64,000 nt of DNA, from NCBI GenBank assembly GCA_037447605.1, contig CM074815.1, positions 1,984,001 through 2,048,000 of the forward strand, given 5' to 3'. Origin of the DNA: Zygnema circumcarinatum SAG 698-1b (taxonomy: Eukaryota > Plantae > Zygnematophyceae). The position numbers and the translations under genes are program-made. Positions within the stretch are counted from its first letter, which is position 1. Each line of letters begins with the position of its first letter. Below are positions 18,901-31,059 of the stretch, piece by piece. A model generated the notes under the pieces. That model saw only the letters and a list, made by a program, of their open reading frames with translations, was not told the DNA's origin and ran no database searches.

Positions 18901-21076
18901 GAAAATATCTCACCTCCTTTTTCAGATCTTCCACGTCAACTGACGATCTTCCATAGCCCTTGGCAGCACTTCTTTCCCACAAGTCCTGCCGCTCATGTGA
19001 TTCTTGGACTCTATTTCCATCTGGCAATTCCTCACTCCGAGGATCACTTCGGTCTCCATGTGGCCTCCTTACATCTTTGCTGTTCAGACAAATAGTTCAG
19101 AACTCCAACTTAATCAAAAGGAGCAAGCAGCTTTTTGTTCAAGTACTTCGCTGTTAACAGATTGACTGACCAAAAGGTCAGCTATCCATGAAACTTGCTC
19201 TGTCACTACCGAAAAGAAGGGGGGGGGGGGGCGCAGGCCATTCACCGCCTTTCCCTCAAACAATCCAATTTTCACTTTACGTTCTTCTCAGCTGTAAGGG
19301 CATACTCCTTATTCAGAAGCACGTAATATAAATAGCAAGACGAACACACCTGCTCCGAGGAGGAGAACGGCGAGGAGATCGTGAACGACTTTGACGCCTA
19401 GGTGGTGAAAGGGACAAAGATCGACCTGCCAACTTATTTCATCAGACAAATTTTTAGAAAAGAGATCCAAAAGCAAAAAAAAAAGGGCAAAACCCAGCTT
19501 AGCATAAAGCAGCACACAAGCCCATCCGCAGCTGTCAAGCCAACAGATATATAAATAGAGGTGCTCTGACATGTGGCTCACTATGATTCGAGCCAGTCGT
19601 AACGTCCTACTTAACCACGAGCAGTAGATGTTAGACGACAAGACAGAAAGGCAGTATTAGATTCAAGATAAGCTGTCCATACTGTCAGCTTACCACCTGT
19701 TCGCGGAGGAGATCTGCGAGAGTCATATCTTCGGCGTCCTTCAGGTGATCGTCGAGAATAACGGTCTAAACGTTCCCGGAGATCTCCACCTCGATGGCCG
19801 GAATACCTCTCTGTAAAACGAGCAGCACAGTTAGAAAGACAAAAAAATGATCGAAAGCTTATTGTTGCGAAAGAAAACAAAAGACGTAGAAATTTCAGCT
19901 ACAGCCTTGAGGGGCAGCGAGTAATCAATGACTGAGATTATGATCCATCACTAACGCCGCATAGGAATGGTGGGGAACATGTGAAAATCCTTCCAGCAGG
20001 GCCGGGGAAGGACAGAGGGAGGAAGTTTGGGAGGGGGAGGAAAAAAGTGGAAGAGTAGAGAGGGAAACAGAGTTATATAGCGGGGTTGCAGAGGTGATAG
20101 AAAGAAAGACGGAGAGGAACTAAGAGATTCAGGGAAGGGACTGAGCGGGAAAAAGAAAGAGAAAAGGAACAGTGAGAATAAGAAAATAGAACAAATGCTA
20201 ACAGTTTGTACTCCTGCAGTTCTGTCCTAGACGGTTCATGCAGTTTGATGATGCCTCCGTTTGAGCAAGCACCACAGAACGAGCATTCCAGAAGAGTACT
20301 CACTGGCTGAGGAAAGGAACCCTCAGTAACATCTGATGCAGATAATAGTTGAACTTCCATAACTTACAAATACCAGTAACAAAACAACAGGTTCGTAGAT
20401 TTGCTGCCAGAAGCTGAAGGATAAAGCCAAAAATAATGAGGCATAGAAATTTCACGACAAACGCAAAATATTATCAACCAGGCACGACGAGAAATAAAGT
20501 AAACCCTGCAAACACCCGAATACCACCGATGACATGCTGGAAAGCCGCATCGGTCTGTTGGCCGTCATAATAATCATCTTTCTTCCATGCCTTTAATGCC
20601 TCTCAACCAATCCCTTCACCTTCGGCCACAACCATCCCTTAGTCGCTTCACAGCTCACGCTCAGCTAACAACGATTCAAACCTATCCTGACGCAACAAAT
20701 GGCCAATAAGCAAAAACGAGCTCAGCTCCATGGGACGTAACTCATTCAGACACCACCTCTTCGGCATTACGTAATGACTACAGACTGGCCAACCATTACA
20801 TTCAAGTCAGTTAGCTGGCTTTCTTTTCCTCGCAATGTACTGGTTTTGCAGCTCCTAGCGCACCGGCTGGCTAACTATTTCCCCCTTGGGTGCATCATGC
20901 AAGTCATGCTGTGTAGAAGTTCCAGCAATGATAAAGCAATTTCACTTACCGCCTCCAAAAGGTGGCGCTTTTCGCAACTCGTCCTCTCCATGGGCGAATG
21001 TACAACTGGCGCGTGGACAGCTACCTCGAGCAAAGAGAGAGCAGAGCTTCGTCTTATACAGATCTCTGTACGCCAT
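15919..21076 (-). CDS. CCCH zinc-finger, RS-rich/coiled-coil nuclear protein (plant C3H40/OsC3H13-like family), multi-exon; internal exon model approximate
   Basis: First exon (21076 to ~20950) reads MAYRDLYKTKLCSLFARGSCPRASCTFAHGEDELRK; the next exon GDLRERLDRYSRRSP; then coiled-coil exons; the last exon VVKREDEDEDVDVDVDGDEGAI* ends at 15919. Confidence 0.75.
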
Positions 21077-21299
21077 TTCCCTCCGCTTCGACGCTACTGT
21101 CCAATACGCGCTCAAAGTAGCTCACAGCCAAATACGGCAAACTCTGAACTCACAAATATTGCATTCCCTCCGTCTCATCAATAGAACTCTGCTCCGAGAA
21201 GATGCAGGAGGACAAATATTAATGCCCGCAAACGCTCGTTTCCTTTAGCGCGGAGGAATAGCTCTCCTCCCTGCAGCATAGCAGAGCCCTGTCACAGTT

Positions 21300-21950
21300 T
21301 TAGGGATAAGGGCCGCCAACTGGGAGTACTGTCCTGCAGACGACTGCCCACCGTTCCGCTGTCACAGTTCCGTTTCTCCTTACAGTTCAACAATCAAGCT
21401 GTAACGCGATGACACGTGTCGTTTCCATGCAATAATCTTGGCAACGCTCCATTTTTAAAACTGCTACAGTCAACGGTCATAGAGCTGTGTAGTCAAATCA
21501 CGCGACACGTGGCGTGTTCTCGAGCAAAGTCCGAAAAACTCGCCGGTGGAAATCCAACGGTCAAATTTCCTGTGAGTCGACACGTGGCATATCCACGACG
21601 AAGGTCAACGGTCAAACGGCTGCCCGATTGGTGACACATGGCGATACCGAGATTAATAAAATACCACAAATACGATAGTTTCGATATCAATATATCCATC
21701 ATTGATATGAATATCGACATGGATAGTATTTCGATACGATAGTATTTGATAAACTGTTTGGAGATATCTTACGATATGTCGCGCAAAATTTCTTCACGGA
21801 AGTTCAGTTTGGCGCCCTGCACCCCTCGGAACTTTGCGAGTCGCGTATAAACCAATCAAAAGTTTGCCACGTGTACAAATTTGACACGTGGTAAATCGCC
21901 ATTGGAAGAAGCTTCTTAAAGTTCACAGCGGAGGGCCTTGGTAAGCCCTT
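21300..21950. promoter_or_regulatory. Bidirectional promoter between the C3H gene and TFIIS, with G-boxes and MSA-like AACGG elements
   Basis: CACGTG at about 21413, 21507, 21580, 21868 and 21885; TCCAACGGTCA (~21553) matches the MSA consensus YCYAACGGYYA, with TCAACGGTCA at ~21470 and ~21605. Confidence 0.5.
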
Positions 21951-22173
21951 GGCCCTTACTCCGCATGCTTCCCTTCGCGCCTTCCCTCGGACAGGGAGAG
22001 GGAGAGGGAGGGAGGCAGGGAGGCAGGGCACCTCGCCCGTCCAGCATCCTCCATCCAACCTCCATTAAATTGTAAGGACCCTTCTCTTCGCTAACCTGCT
22101 ACCCCTTCTCTTTCGCCTCCTTTAGTCTAAAAACTTTTTTTTCTTGCTTTTCAATGTCTTTGTTCTTTGTTCC

Positions 22174-22380
22174 ATGAGCCGTAGCCGGAAACAGAGAATT
22201 GAAAGAGATGTTGAATATGAAGTCGAAGCTATCCTTACTCACCGCGATTATTTCAAAGATGGGCTTTCCAGACGACAATATCTCGTAGAATGGATGATGG
22301 GCCTCAATCTAACTCGTGGGAACTCGAGAGAAATCTCTCTAATTGCAGGGGTATTCTCCGAGACTACCTGGAAGTCGTAG
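22174..22380 (+). pseudogene. Frameshifted chromodomain relic (chromovirus-integrase type) abutting the TFIIS start
   Basis: EYEVEAILTHR...RRQYLVEW, then in the -1 frame GPQSNSWELERNLSNCRGILRDY; aligns by eye with the chromodomain at 51700-51890. Confidence 0.75.
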
Positions 22381-22382
22381 CC

Positions 22383-25192
22383 ATGGCGGCTCCTGACTTG
22401 GCCGCAGACATTACGCGGATGTATGAGAAGCTGCAGCAGGCGGCGGAGAGAGCAGGCGAAGGAGACGCGGTGGTTCTGGCAGAGGAGGATCGAGCAGTGG
22501 ATATTCTCAAGCAGCTGAAGAAATGCAGAATCACAACGGAAGTTTTAGTCGCTACGCAGGTTGTGCTTTGGTTCTGTACATGAATTGTGGCTGGTGAAGC
22601 AGTGTGCAGAATGGGCTTGTATGGAGATAATTGCGATTAGGCCGGGGGTTTGATGGGTTAGGCCTGGAAACCCTCTTTTTACAAAACTCTGATTTATTAA
22701 ACCCTTAGGATCTCTACGACGCTAACCCTCCCTCCCTCCCTCCCTCCCTCCCACCCAGCCTCCCTCCCACCCAGCCTTCCTCCCTTCCTCCCTCCAGGAG
22801 GGGCTTCTTGGGGGGTGAAAAGATGAAACTAGGGTTATTGAAAGCAGCGGCTGCGTTAAAGCGCTCCTCTTCTTGGCTTTTAATTTGGCGATGGAGCTAT
22901 TGATAGTTACTGATAGTTTCCAAAGCTTTCTGGAACATCTAGGGTTTAAGAAAGTCTCGAATTTCTTAGATTTAGAAAAAGGATTTTGTTATTTGCACAC
23001 TTTCTTTGGCCAGATACACACCTTTTAAAAGACCAAAAACCCTAAAAAGCCTAAAATAAAATCTGACCAGCGAAAAGGTGTGTATCTAGCCAAAAGGTGT
23101 GTAAATAGACCCTAAGTAGAAAATTATCTTTTCTAAAAAAATGTCGCAATTTTCTCAACGCTTCGGAAGTGTCTCAGTGCGCCCGTATCCCAACAAAGGC
23201 ATTGAGAGATTATAGGGGAATGTTTCAGTCCATCTTTCAATCATAGAGCGTTCTCCCTGATTTCAAATCGTGACGAGGGAAGAAATCTTTGCTGGCGTCT
23301 TCATTTGACTCTTTAATGTAGCTCGTAACGTTTCAGGCTTTCTAGAATCTCGGGATGTCAGGCGAAGGTGAACTAGGAACAACAGCAAGCTTCTTATAGA
23401 CTGTAATTCAGGTTACTATAGTCATATAGGCAATGTTTTTTGTATTTGGATTGTATACTGAGCTAACAGGTATATTCTGCTGAAGTGGTTTGGCCTCAGA
23501 CGGCAGGATATCGCTGAAGGGTTAGGAATTCCTTTCGAGCTCTTTTGTTTTTTATATGAAATTTGATGCCAAACTTGGAAACTGAGCCGTAAATTGATTT
23601 GATTGAAATATTTATCCTTCTGGAGAGTATTGCGCACTGGACCTGCGGTTCTGTAGCTATTTCATCGTCTTTCCCTGAACGAATGCAGAAACGTCTATTC
23701 CTTTCTCGGCCGTGGAGATCACATGCAGATCCTCTCTGCTGATCTCACTAGCTTTATGTTTTACAAGCTGTAAAATCAGGCTTTCTTCAGTACTGAATTT
23801 GATTGACACTGAGCATGTTCACATACATCCTTAGCAATAAACTACTACTATCGCTGCTACCATTGCTAAGTGCCCATTCGTTTTTAGTGGGTATATTATT
23901 CTATCTAACGTATCATTTGATGATTGAATGACTCTCTCCTACAGGTTGGCAAGAAGCTTCGGAAGCTGACAAAACATCGGAGCTCAAAGATAGCGGCTGC
24001 AGCGTCTCTGCTTGTGGAGGCATGGAAGCAAGTTGTCGCAGCAGAGGCAAGTTGTAAAGCATCTCCTGCAGGGGAACAGGCGGGCAGCAGCAACTCCATC
24101 AAAACATCAAATGGGGGCAATAATGGGAATAAGTCGATGCCGGAGTCTCCAAAACCGCATAGCTTAACTGGATTGGTGAGTCCTCCAAGTAGTGGAAAGT
24201 GGGAGATGAAAGGGGCTCCGACGTCAGATGATTCACTGGTGAGAAATGGAGCTACAAATGGGACTGTGAAGACGGAGCCTACAAAAACAGTGTCTATGAA
24301 GACGGAGTTAGTGAAGACAGAGCCGGTGAAGATAGAACCCTTCGATGTGAAGAAGCTTCCTAAGGTTGGAGATGTTTCACGGGATAAGTTCAGGGAGTTG
24401 GTAGCCACGGGATTGGGAATGGTGGCGGGAGAGTTGGCGGAGGAGCATAAAGATAAGGCAACACCTTCTCACGTGATTAAAGTGACAGTGGCTGTGGAGT
24501 CTGAAATGTGGAAGATGTATGGTGGACCAAAGAAAGACAAGGTAAGCCAAAAAAACCCTGTACCTGTAAATGTGAAGTCGCTGTTTCCCTTTCCTTCTCC
24601 CTCTCCCTCTCCCTCGCCCAGTCCCTCTCCCTCTCCCTCTCCCTCTCCCTCTCCCTCTCCCNNNNNNNNNNCCTCTCTCCCTCTCCTCTGCCTCTCCCTC
24701 TCCCTCACCCCCCTCCCTCTCCCTCTCCCTCTCCCTCTCCCTCACCCCCCTCCCTCTCCCTCTCCCTCACCCCCCTCCCTCTCCCTCTCCCTCGCCTACT
24801 CCCTCTCCCTCCCACTTTCTGTTGTGGTGCCATCTATGCAGGAATACAAGGCAAAGTATCGGGCGATCTCTTTCAACATCAAAGACGCCAACAATCCGGA
24901 CCTTAGGAGACGGGTCCTCTTGGGGGAGGTGACGGCAGCGCAGCTTCTGACGATGAATGCGGACGAGATGGCGAGCGATGCGCGGAGGAGGGAGAAGGAC
25001 AAGATCGAAAAAAAGATGCTCTTTGAGTCCACTCGGGGAATGACCATGACTGCGAGTACGGACCAGTTCAAGTGTGGGAAATGCGGGCAGCGCAAAACCA
25101 CTTACTATCAGATGCAGACAAGGAGTGCGGACGAGCCCATGACCACCTATGTCACGTGTCTGAACTGCACCAACAGGTGGAAGTTCTGCTGA
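22383..25192 (+). CDS. TFIIS: Transcription elongation factor TFIIS, 3 coding exons (about 22383-22559, 23945-24541, 24842-25192)
   Basis: N-terminal domain TEVLVATQ|VGKKLRKLTKH; central domain YKAKYRAISFNIKDANNPDLRRRVL; zinc ribbon CGKC...YYQMQTRSADEPMTTYVTCLNC with the intact ADEP acidic loop. Confidence 0.97.
22990..23115. mobile_element. MITE (PIF/Harbinger Tourist-like) in TFIIS intron 1
   Basis: ~35-bp inverted arms tatttgcacactttctttggccagatacacacctttt and aaaaggtgtgtatctagccaaaaggtgtgtaaata; the right end AAATAGACCC+TAA resembles a Tourist TIR and TSD; the left tip is decayed. Confidence 0.6.
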
Positions 25193-25679
25193 GGGGGGGG
25201 AGCAGTGTCTGCAGCTGATGGTGGAGTGAGAGGGAGAGAGAGACGGGGATAGGGGTGTGGGAGAAGGGGAGACCGGGGGGGGGGGGAGGGGGTGAGGGGG
25301 GAGTGGGAGCAACTGCACGACCATGTCTATATTGTAGACCTATATGGGGGAGAGCATGGGAATTAGGACCAGTTAGGATTTCGAAGGGGACGGGCCTCTG
25401 GTTTGAATGCCGACTTGGGCGAAAGGAGAACATTCGAGACCACAAAGCATGAAGTCGAGAAAGGCACATATTCAGGCAATTGTTGATGGGAAATGAATGC
25501 ATAGGATATGCCTTATTTTAAAGCCCTGTTTTAAGGCAAGGGACTGTAGGGTTGGCACGTCGGCAGTGGAAGTAAGTAGAGCTGTGAGTAGAACTGTTGT
25601 GTAGTGGCTCCATGACGGGCACCCGTCACGTCGCGCTGAAGCGGCTTCAGGAGGGGGCTTCGAAGGGGGTGGATGAATA

Positions 25680-25827
25680 TGTCAAGAATCGATAGGTGAG
25701 AGTTGGGAATGGGCTCTTGTGCAGGGAGTGGTTGATTGTCAATAATCGAGAGGTGGCAATTGTAGGGCTCTTTTAAATGGAGGAGATAAGTGTCAAGAAT
25801 CGAGAGGTGAGAGTCGGTGCTTGAGTC
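25680..25827. repeat. Degenerate ~55-bp tandem repeat, three units
   Basis: TGTCAA(G/T)AATCGA(T/G)AGGTG at 25680, 25737 and 25791. Confidence 0.7.
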
Positions 25828-27544
25828 CCTACGTGAAAAATAAAGTTCCCCCGCCTTCATTTCGAAGTGCCATTTCATTTCCCTGGAGACCATCCATCTC
25901 ATTTGAGAACGAGAGGATGGACACTGCCATGCGAAGAGGTGCAGAGTTCAACACTTTCCCACCGTGAGCTAAGAACGAGCAGAGGGAATATGAAGTAGAG
26001 AGGGGAAGAGAAGTGGGAGTGAGGGAGGGGTGGGGGGGGGGAAGGGGGAGCGGGGGCAGAGAGTGGTGGGCGGGAGAGAATGGGGCAGAGAGTGGTGGGG
26101 GGGAGAGAGAGAGGGGGGGTGAGAGAGAGGCAGAGTGTGTTGGGGGGGAGAGAGACGAGGCAGAGAGTGGTGGGGGGGAGAGAGAGGGGCAGAGTGGGGA
26201 AGGATGGGAAGAGGAGGAGGGGAGGGGAGGAGGGGAGGTTGGAGACCAGCCAAAGACGATTTTATTCACATGTCTACACAGGAGTGTTCCTGGTTTTGGC
26301 TTACAGGAAGATTATGAAGGCTGTTACGACTACGCTGCAGGCAACAACAAGTTGACCAATGTCTGTATCACGTCTCTAGACGGACCCATTGTCTTAACAG
26401 TTCAGAAGATGAGATTCCGATCAATGAGTTATCCCTCTCCTCGATCAATGCAAACTTCTTCTTTTCTTCTTAGAAACTTACTTTACAGGATATCCTTCAA
26501 CTTAAGAACCCTGATCTGAAACCCTTTTTGGCTTTTACGTCTCGTGAGGAGTCAAGCTTTCGAGCACACCTTTGTCCACGTGACGATTCCCTATTCGTTT
26601 ATATTAATATATAGTCCATGTGGCGCGTCGCCATTAGTAGACTTTTACATTGTTTTTTATCTCACGCGGCGAATTTCTATGGCAGATGCTTAATTCTGGT
26701 TTCACAGTAGTGGGCGACCCTCGAGAGTTCCGTGGACACGTGTCAGGGATGTGTGACTAGCGTCAAGCGGCTTCCGTTCCGCGCACCCCCCTGGAGTTCC
26801 AAAGTGGTACAATGCCATGTTGCAAGCTGCCATGTTTGCCAGTACTTTCTCCATACTGTGTGTGGCAGCAGCCGCAGCACTGAGCAGGGAGAAGCTTACG
26901 CTGGTCTCACGATGACCCAACAAAGCATACAGTACTCAAAATGCCCATTTCAACTCTGATGTCGAAGTTGTTGTTTGTTTGTTTTGTTTTGTTTCGTGCT
27001 TAGGTCCATTGTGACCAGTTAAGTTTCTCGTGGTTCCCCATGATGATTTTGTCCATGTACATTTGATGGCATCATCGCCATCGTGAGATCAATGCCGCAT
27101 CCTTCTTCTTATTTCGAATGTCCACTATTCGAAGGACACTCCAATCAACAGATCTCCCTCTGCTTTACCCAAATTCATGCGAAATTAACAAACAAAGAGT
27201 TCTGTTAACTCAAAGACAAGAGGAGCCAAAGTACAAACTCGAGAATTGGGTGGTTAGTGTCCAACCTCTATAAAAAACGAATGAGGGTCGCTAAGTCCGT
27301 ACACTTGCTTTGCCCCATGAACCCAACACCTTTCATCAAATAAAAACGATGGGTCCCACCGAGACTCTTGATCCTTTAGCCACGAGTCTTTTAGTTATTA
27401 TGCTAAATCAAGCAACCATGAAAGAATTTATCCGCCCCTCCACTTACCAGAGCTCCTCCACTCAATGAGCGCATACAGTGGCCTCAGGTGCTGACTAGAA
27501 TGGAAAGTTATTTCGGTCCAGATGGAAAAATAGAGGACTGCATT

Positions 27545-30500
27545 TCACAAAAATAGAGGGAAAAGTTTGCTGCCCAGACCGGTGATGCTGCAGGCTAAGC
27601 CCAGAATCACCATCAGCCATGCCAAACTCCGTTCCGTTGACCCTGGCACCCTTGTAGTTAAACTGCCCCAACTCAACATAAAACGTCAGATCCCGCAGTT
27701 CATTCCTAGAAGCGATCTCCAAAACAGAAGACTTTGCAGGGTCAGGGAGAGGGAATCAGGGAGATCAAGCGAGATTGAAAGTGTGGTGTGTGGGAGGAAG
27801 TGGGAGAGAGAAAATGAGCAGAGGAAGTGAAGGACACACACAGAGGGAGTGGAGGGAGGTTTGGAGAGACGGAGGGAGCGACAATAGGAGACATTGCAGG
27901 GCGAGAGAGGGAGAGGGATGCAGGAGGGCAGGAAGGCGTGAAAGAGGTTTGAGAGAGGAAGAGGAGAGGGAGAGAGATTGAGTAGGGAGGACGAGAGAGG
28001 ATACACACCGAGGGGGCGGAGGAGTGAGGGAGGGAGAGCGGGAGGGAGCGAGCGGGCGGAGAGAGTGAGGGAGGGAGCGAGAGGGGGGAGAGAGAGAGGG
28101 AGGGAACGAGAGGGGGGGGAGAGAGAGAGAGGGAGGGAGCGAGAGGGGGGAGAGAGAGAGAGGAGGGAGCGAGAGGGGGGAGAGAGAGAGGCAGGGAGCG
28201 AGAGGGGGGAGAGAGAGAGGGAGGGAGAGTGCACCTGAGAGCTGCGAGTCCTGGACATGTGAATGCGAGCGATACAGCTGCCACTGAGCCGGTAAAGTGG
28301 AATGCGAGGTCAATGTTGGGCACGAGCAGGGCCCCCGCGAGCACTCCCCCCATCAGCCCTCCCGTAACAAGGACAAAGCGAAGCCGATCTTCTAAAAGGG
28401 GGGCAGCATGGGGGAAAAGAACGGAGTCCAAATTGCCGCGAAGGGGAAAGTGGATTACAGGAAACACGAGCACAAGGTGGAGAGCGTAGCTCATTCGGAT
28501 GATGCTGTTAAGGATCTGCAGCGGTAGTAAGGAGGAGTGTATGTTAGGGTTGAATATCGGAAGGAAAAGGGGACGAGAAATGATGGGAGAAGGCATGGGG
28601 GGGGGGGTCTGTTTGAGGTGGGGTTTGTTTGGTAGGGAGAGGAGAGGCTCACTTGACTTCCTGGGACTCCAAGGTCAACATCATAGTTGGCTAACACATC
28701 GCCGTGAGTGGCTTCTCCGAATAGGAGGTAGCCGAAAATAGCGGTCACTACATAGACTGAAGAGCAGAGAATTAACGATGTTCTTGCCACTATTCTCATG
28801 TTTTCGTTCCTGGGAGGCTTGAGCTCCACATAGATTGGATGTACTGGAGAACAAAAAAACCCCACACAAATTTAAAAACAATTCCAGACAATGCTTCTCT
28901 TCTCTGCCCTCCCTTTACTGCAATTCCGAACAAAACATGCAAACTTTCAGAACATTTTTTAGGGCTTGTTTCTAGGAAGAGGTCGGTTTACCATTGTAGT
29001 GGCATACATATGCCGTAGCCATAGTCGGAATGACGGTAAATAGGTCCATTATGTCCTCCCACGTTTCGAAACGTGGGGCCCACCTCACCCCTCCGAAGTC
29101 AATATTTCCACTAATCAGCTTCACTACGGTCACAGCGACCGTTATTACCACAAAGACAACCGCCAGGAGAATGGAAAAAGCGGAGCTCCAATGGAGAGAG
29201 TCTGCAAAAGGGAGCAACAGAGTTCAGGGGAGGGAGAAAGGGAGAGATGGAGAGAGAGAGTAAGGGAGGGAGGGCCAGGGAGGGTGAGGGAAGAGGGAGA
29301 GGGCGACGGAGGAGAGGGAGGGAACGGGGAAGGGAAGGCAGAAGGAAGGGAGGAAGTGAGGGAGGGGCAGGAGAGGGAAAGAGAGACGAAAGGGGAGGGA
29401 AAGGGATGCTGACCAACATGCTCCATCGCCACTAGAGGGACCAACAGAAGCAGAGTTGCTCCCAAAACTGCCGGCCGAGAATTCCACCATGAGGGGCCCC
29501 CTCCCCACTCCTCCAATAGCCCGGAATGGTGACCCGCTCCGCTGCTGCTTGTGCCGGACAACACGTCTCCTACACAGGGGCAGAACACAGAAGAAAAAAA
29601 AAAAAAAAAAAAAGGTTAGGAGTGGATGTTCATGGGTTTCTTCCTTCTTTATCAGGTCTGCTGTTTATCAATAAGTAACTTCTTTCATGGTTTACTTAGG
29701 CAGGTCCTGTACCAATGATGATCAAGTATATGATCAAGATTCCGATGTTGTTTATTATGACAAAGAAGCGCGTCAAGGAGCGGCCCAGCTTTCCGTATGC
29801 TTCCGTCATAAGGTCCGCATAGGACCAAACTTTGGCTGCGGCGGAGCAGCGCAGCATGAGCTGAATGGAGTACTCAGAGAGGGCGCCCATGGCCAGGAGG
29901 GTGGCGAGGCCAAGGGGCAGGCCCAGCACCTGGGAGAGGGAGAGAGAGAGGGAGGGAGAGAGGGAGGGAGTGAGGGAGAGAGGGAGGGAGGGAGTGAGAG
30001 AGTGCGAGGGGATTGGGTCGGAGGAAGAGAGGGCAGGAAGAAGGGTGGAACGAGTGAGAGGAGGGTGACAGGCGAAGGTAGAGGGGATGAGAGGGGTGGG
30101 GGTGGAGGGGAGGGGGGAAAGTGGCGCGGAGAGGGAGGAAGAGGGATAGGAAGGGAGAAAGAGTGGGAGAGTGAGAGCTGGCAGCAAACAGGGTGGTAGA
30201 GCGGGAGGGAAGCGGGAACTGATGGGAGAACGAGTGGGGCAAGGGACGGGGGGGGGAGGGGTTTGAAGCAGGGACTGTGAGGCAGGGGAGGAGGGTAGGG
30301 GAAAGAGAGAGAGGGAGTAGGGAGTGAAAGAGAAAGCAAGGTCAGGAGAGAGGATGAGAGGAAGTGAGGTGCAGCGAACGAACGGTGGAAAGGTCAGTAG
30401 AGAAAGAGGATGGCGAGAAGGGGAGTGGGAGGTGTAAGTGGGAGAAGACAAGAGTGAAAGACAGAGCTCCGCAAAGATATGGGCAGAAGAAACTGGAAAA

Positions 30501-31059
30501 ACGTCCCCCAATTTCTACTCTCCATCAAGTATCCACACCTTAAACAGAGAACATCCATATGAGCACCTACCAGTTCCGTGTGAGAGGCCTACTACTACAC
30601 GCTGCCGCTAATCTCTCCCGCCACGGAGAGATGAAACGACAGAAAAAAAGCCTACTAGTTTCTTCCGTATTCCCACCTTCATCTTGGAAGGAAGCCCCAT
30701 GATGCCCGCCCCGATAATGGTCGTTGACAAATTGTATATTGAGCTTGAAATGGACGCATTCTCGTTCCCATGGCCCAAGACCATGGAGTCGATTTCTTCC
30801 GATTTCGTGGGAAGGAGGGGAGTTCTCTCATCAGGTAGCGACGCCTCCCTGCAGCAACATAGCCAGAGAGCAATGGAAATCTTGGAGGCAGACGCACTCT
30901 CCCGCTCTCTCGCCCCCTCCCCATCCCTCGTCCAATTCCTCCCTCCCTCTCCCTCTCCCTCTCCCTCTCCCTCTTATCCTCACTCTCTACCATACACGTC
31001 AAATCAACTCACTTTGCTGGCGCGGCGGGCAAGCACCCTGAGCTGGGCGCAGCAGCCAT
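27545..31059 (-). CDS. Amino-acid transporter, AVT6/SNAT-like (Aa_trans family), multi-exon, probably vacuolar
   Basis: Reconstructed exons: DERTPLL dileucine motif, ASISSSIYNLSTTIIGAGIMGLP, VLGLPLG...NNIGILIIYLIIIG|DVLSG, AYVCHYN|VHPIYVEL, FGYLLFG...DVLANYD, YALHLVLVFPVIHFPLRGNLD, and final exon LAWLMVILG...*. Confidence 0.92.

Noticed and set aside
23924-25192. TFIIS with a long PSPSPS insertion
   Set aside because: The ORF reads through a GT-AG intron (about 24542-24841) made of CCCTCT repeats and an N gap.
25680-25827. CRISPR-like repeat-spacer pattern
   Set aside because: Only three degenerate units, spacers share sequence (gggctctt), eukaryotic context and no cas genes.
26280-26960. 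Small ORFs between TFIIS and AVT6
   Set aside because: No recognisable motif or consistent exon chain.
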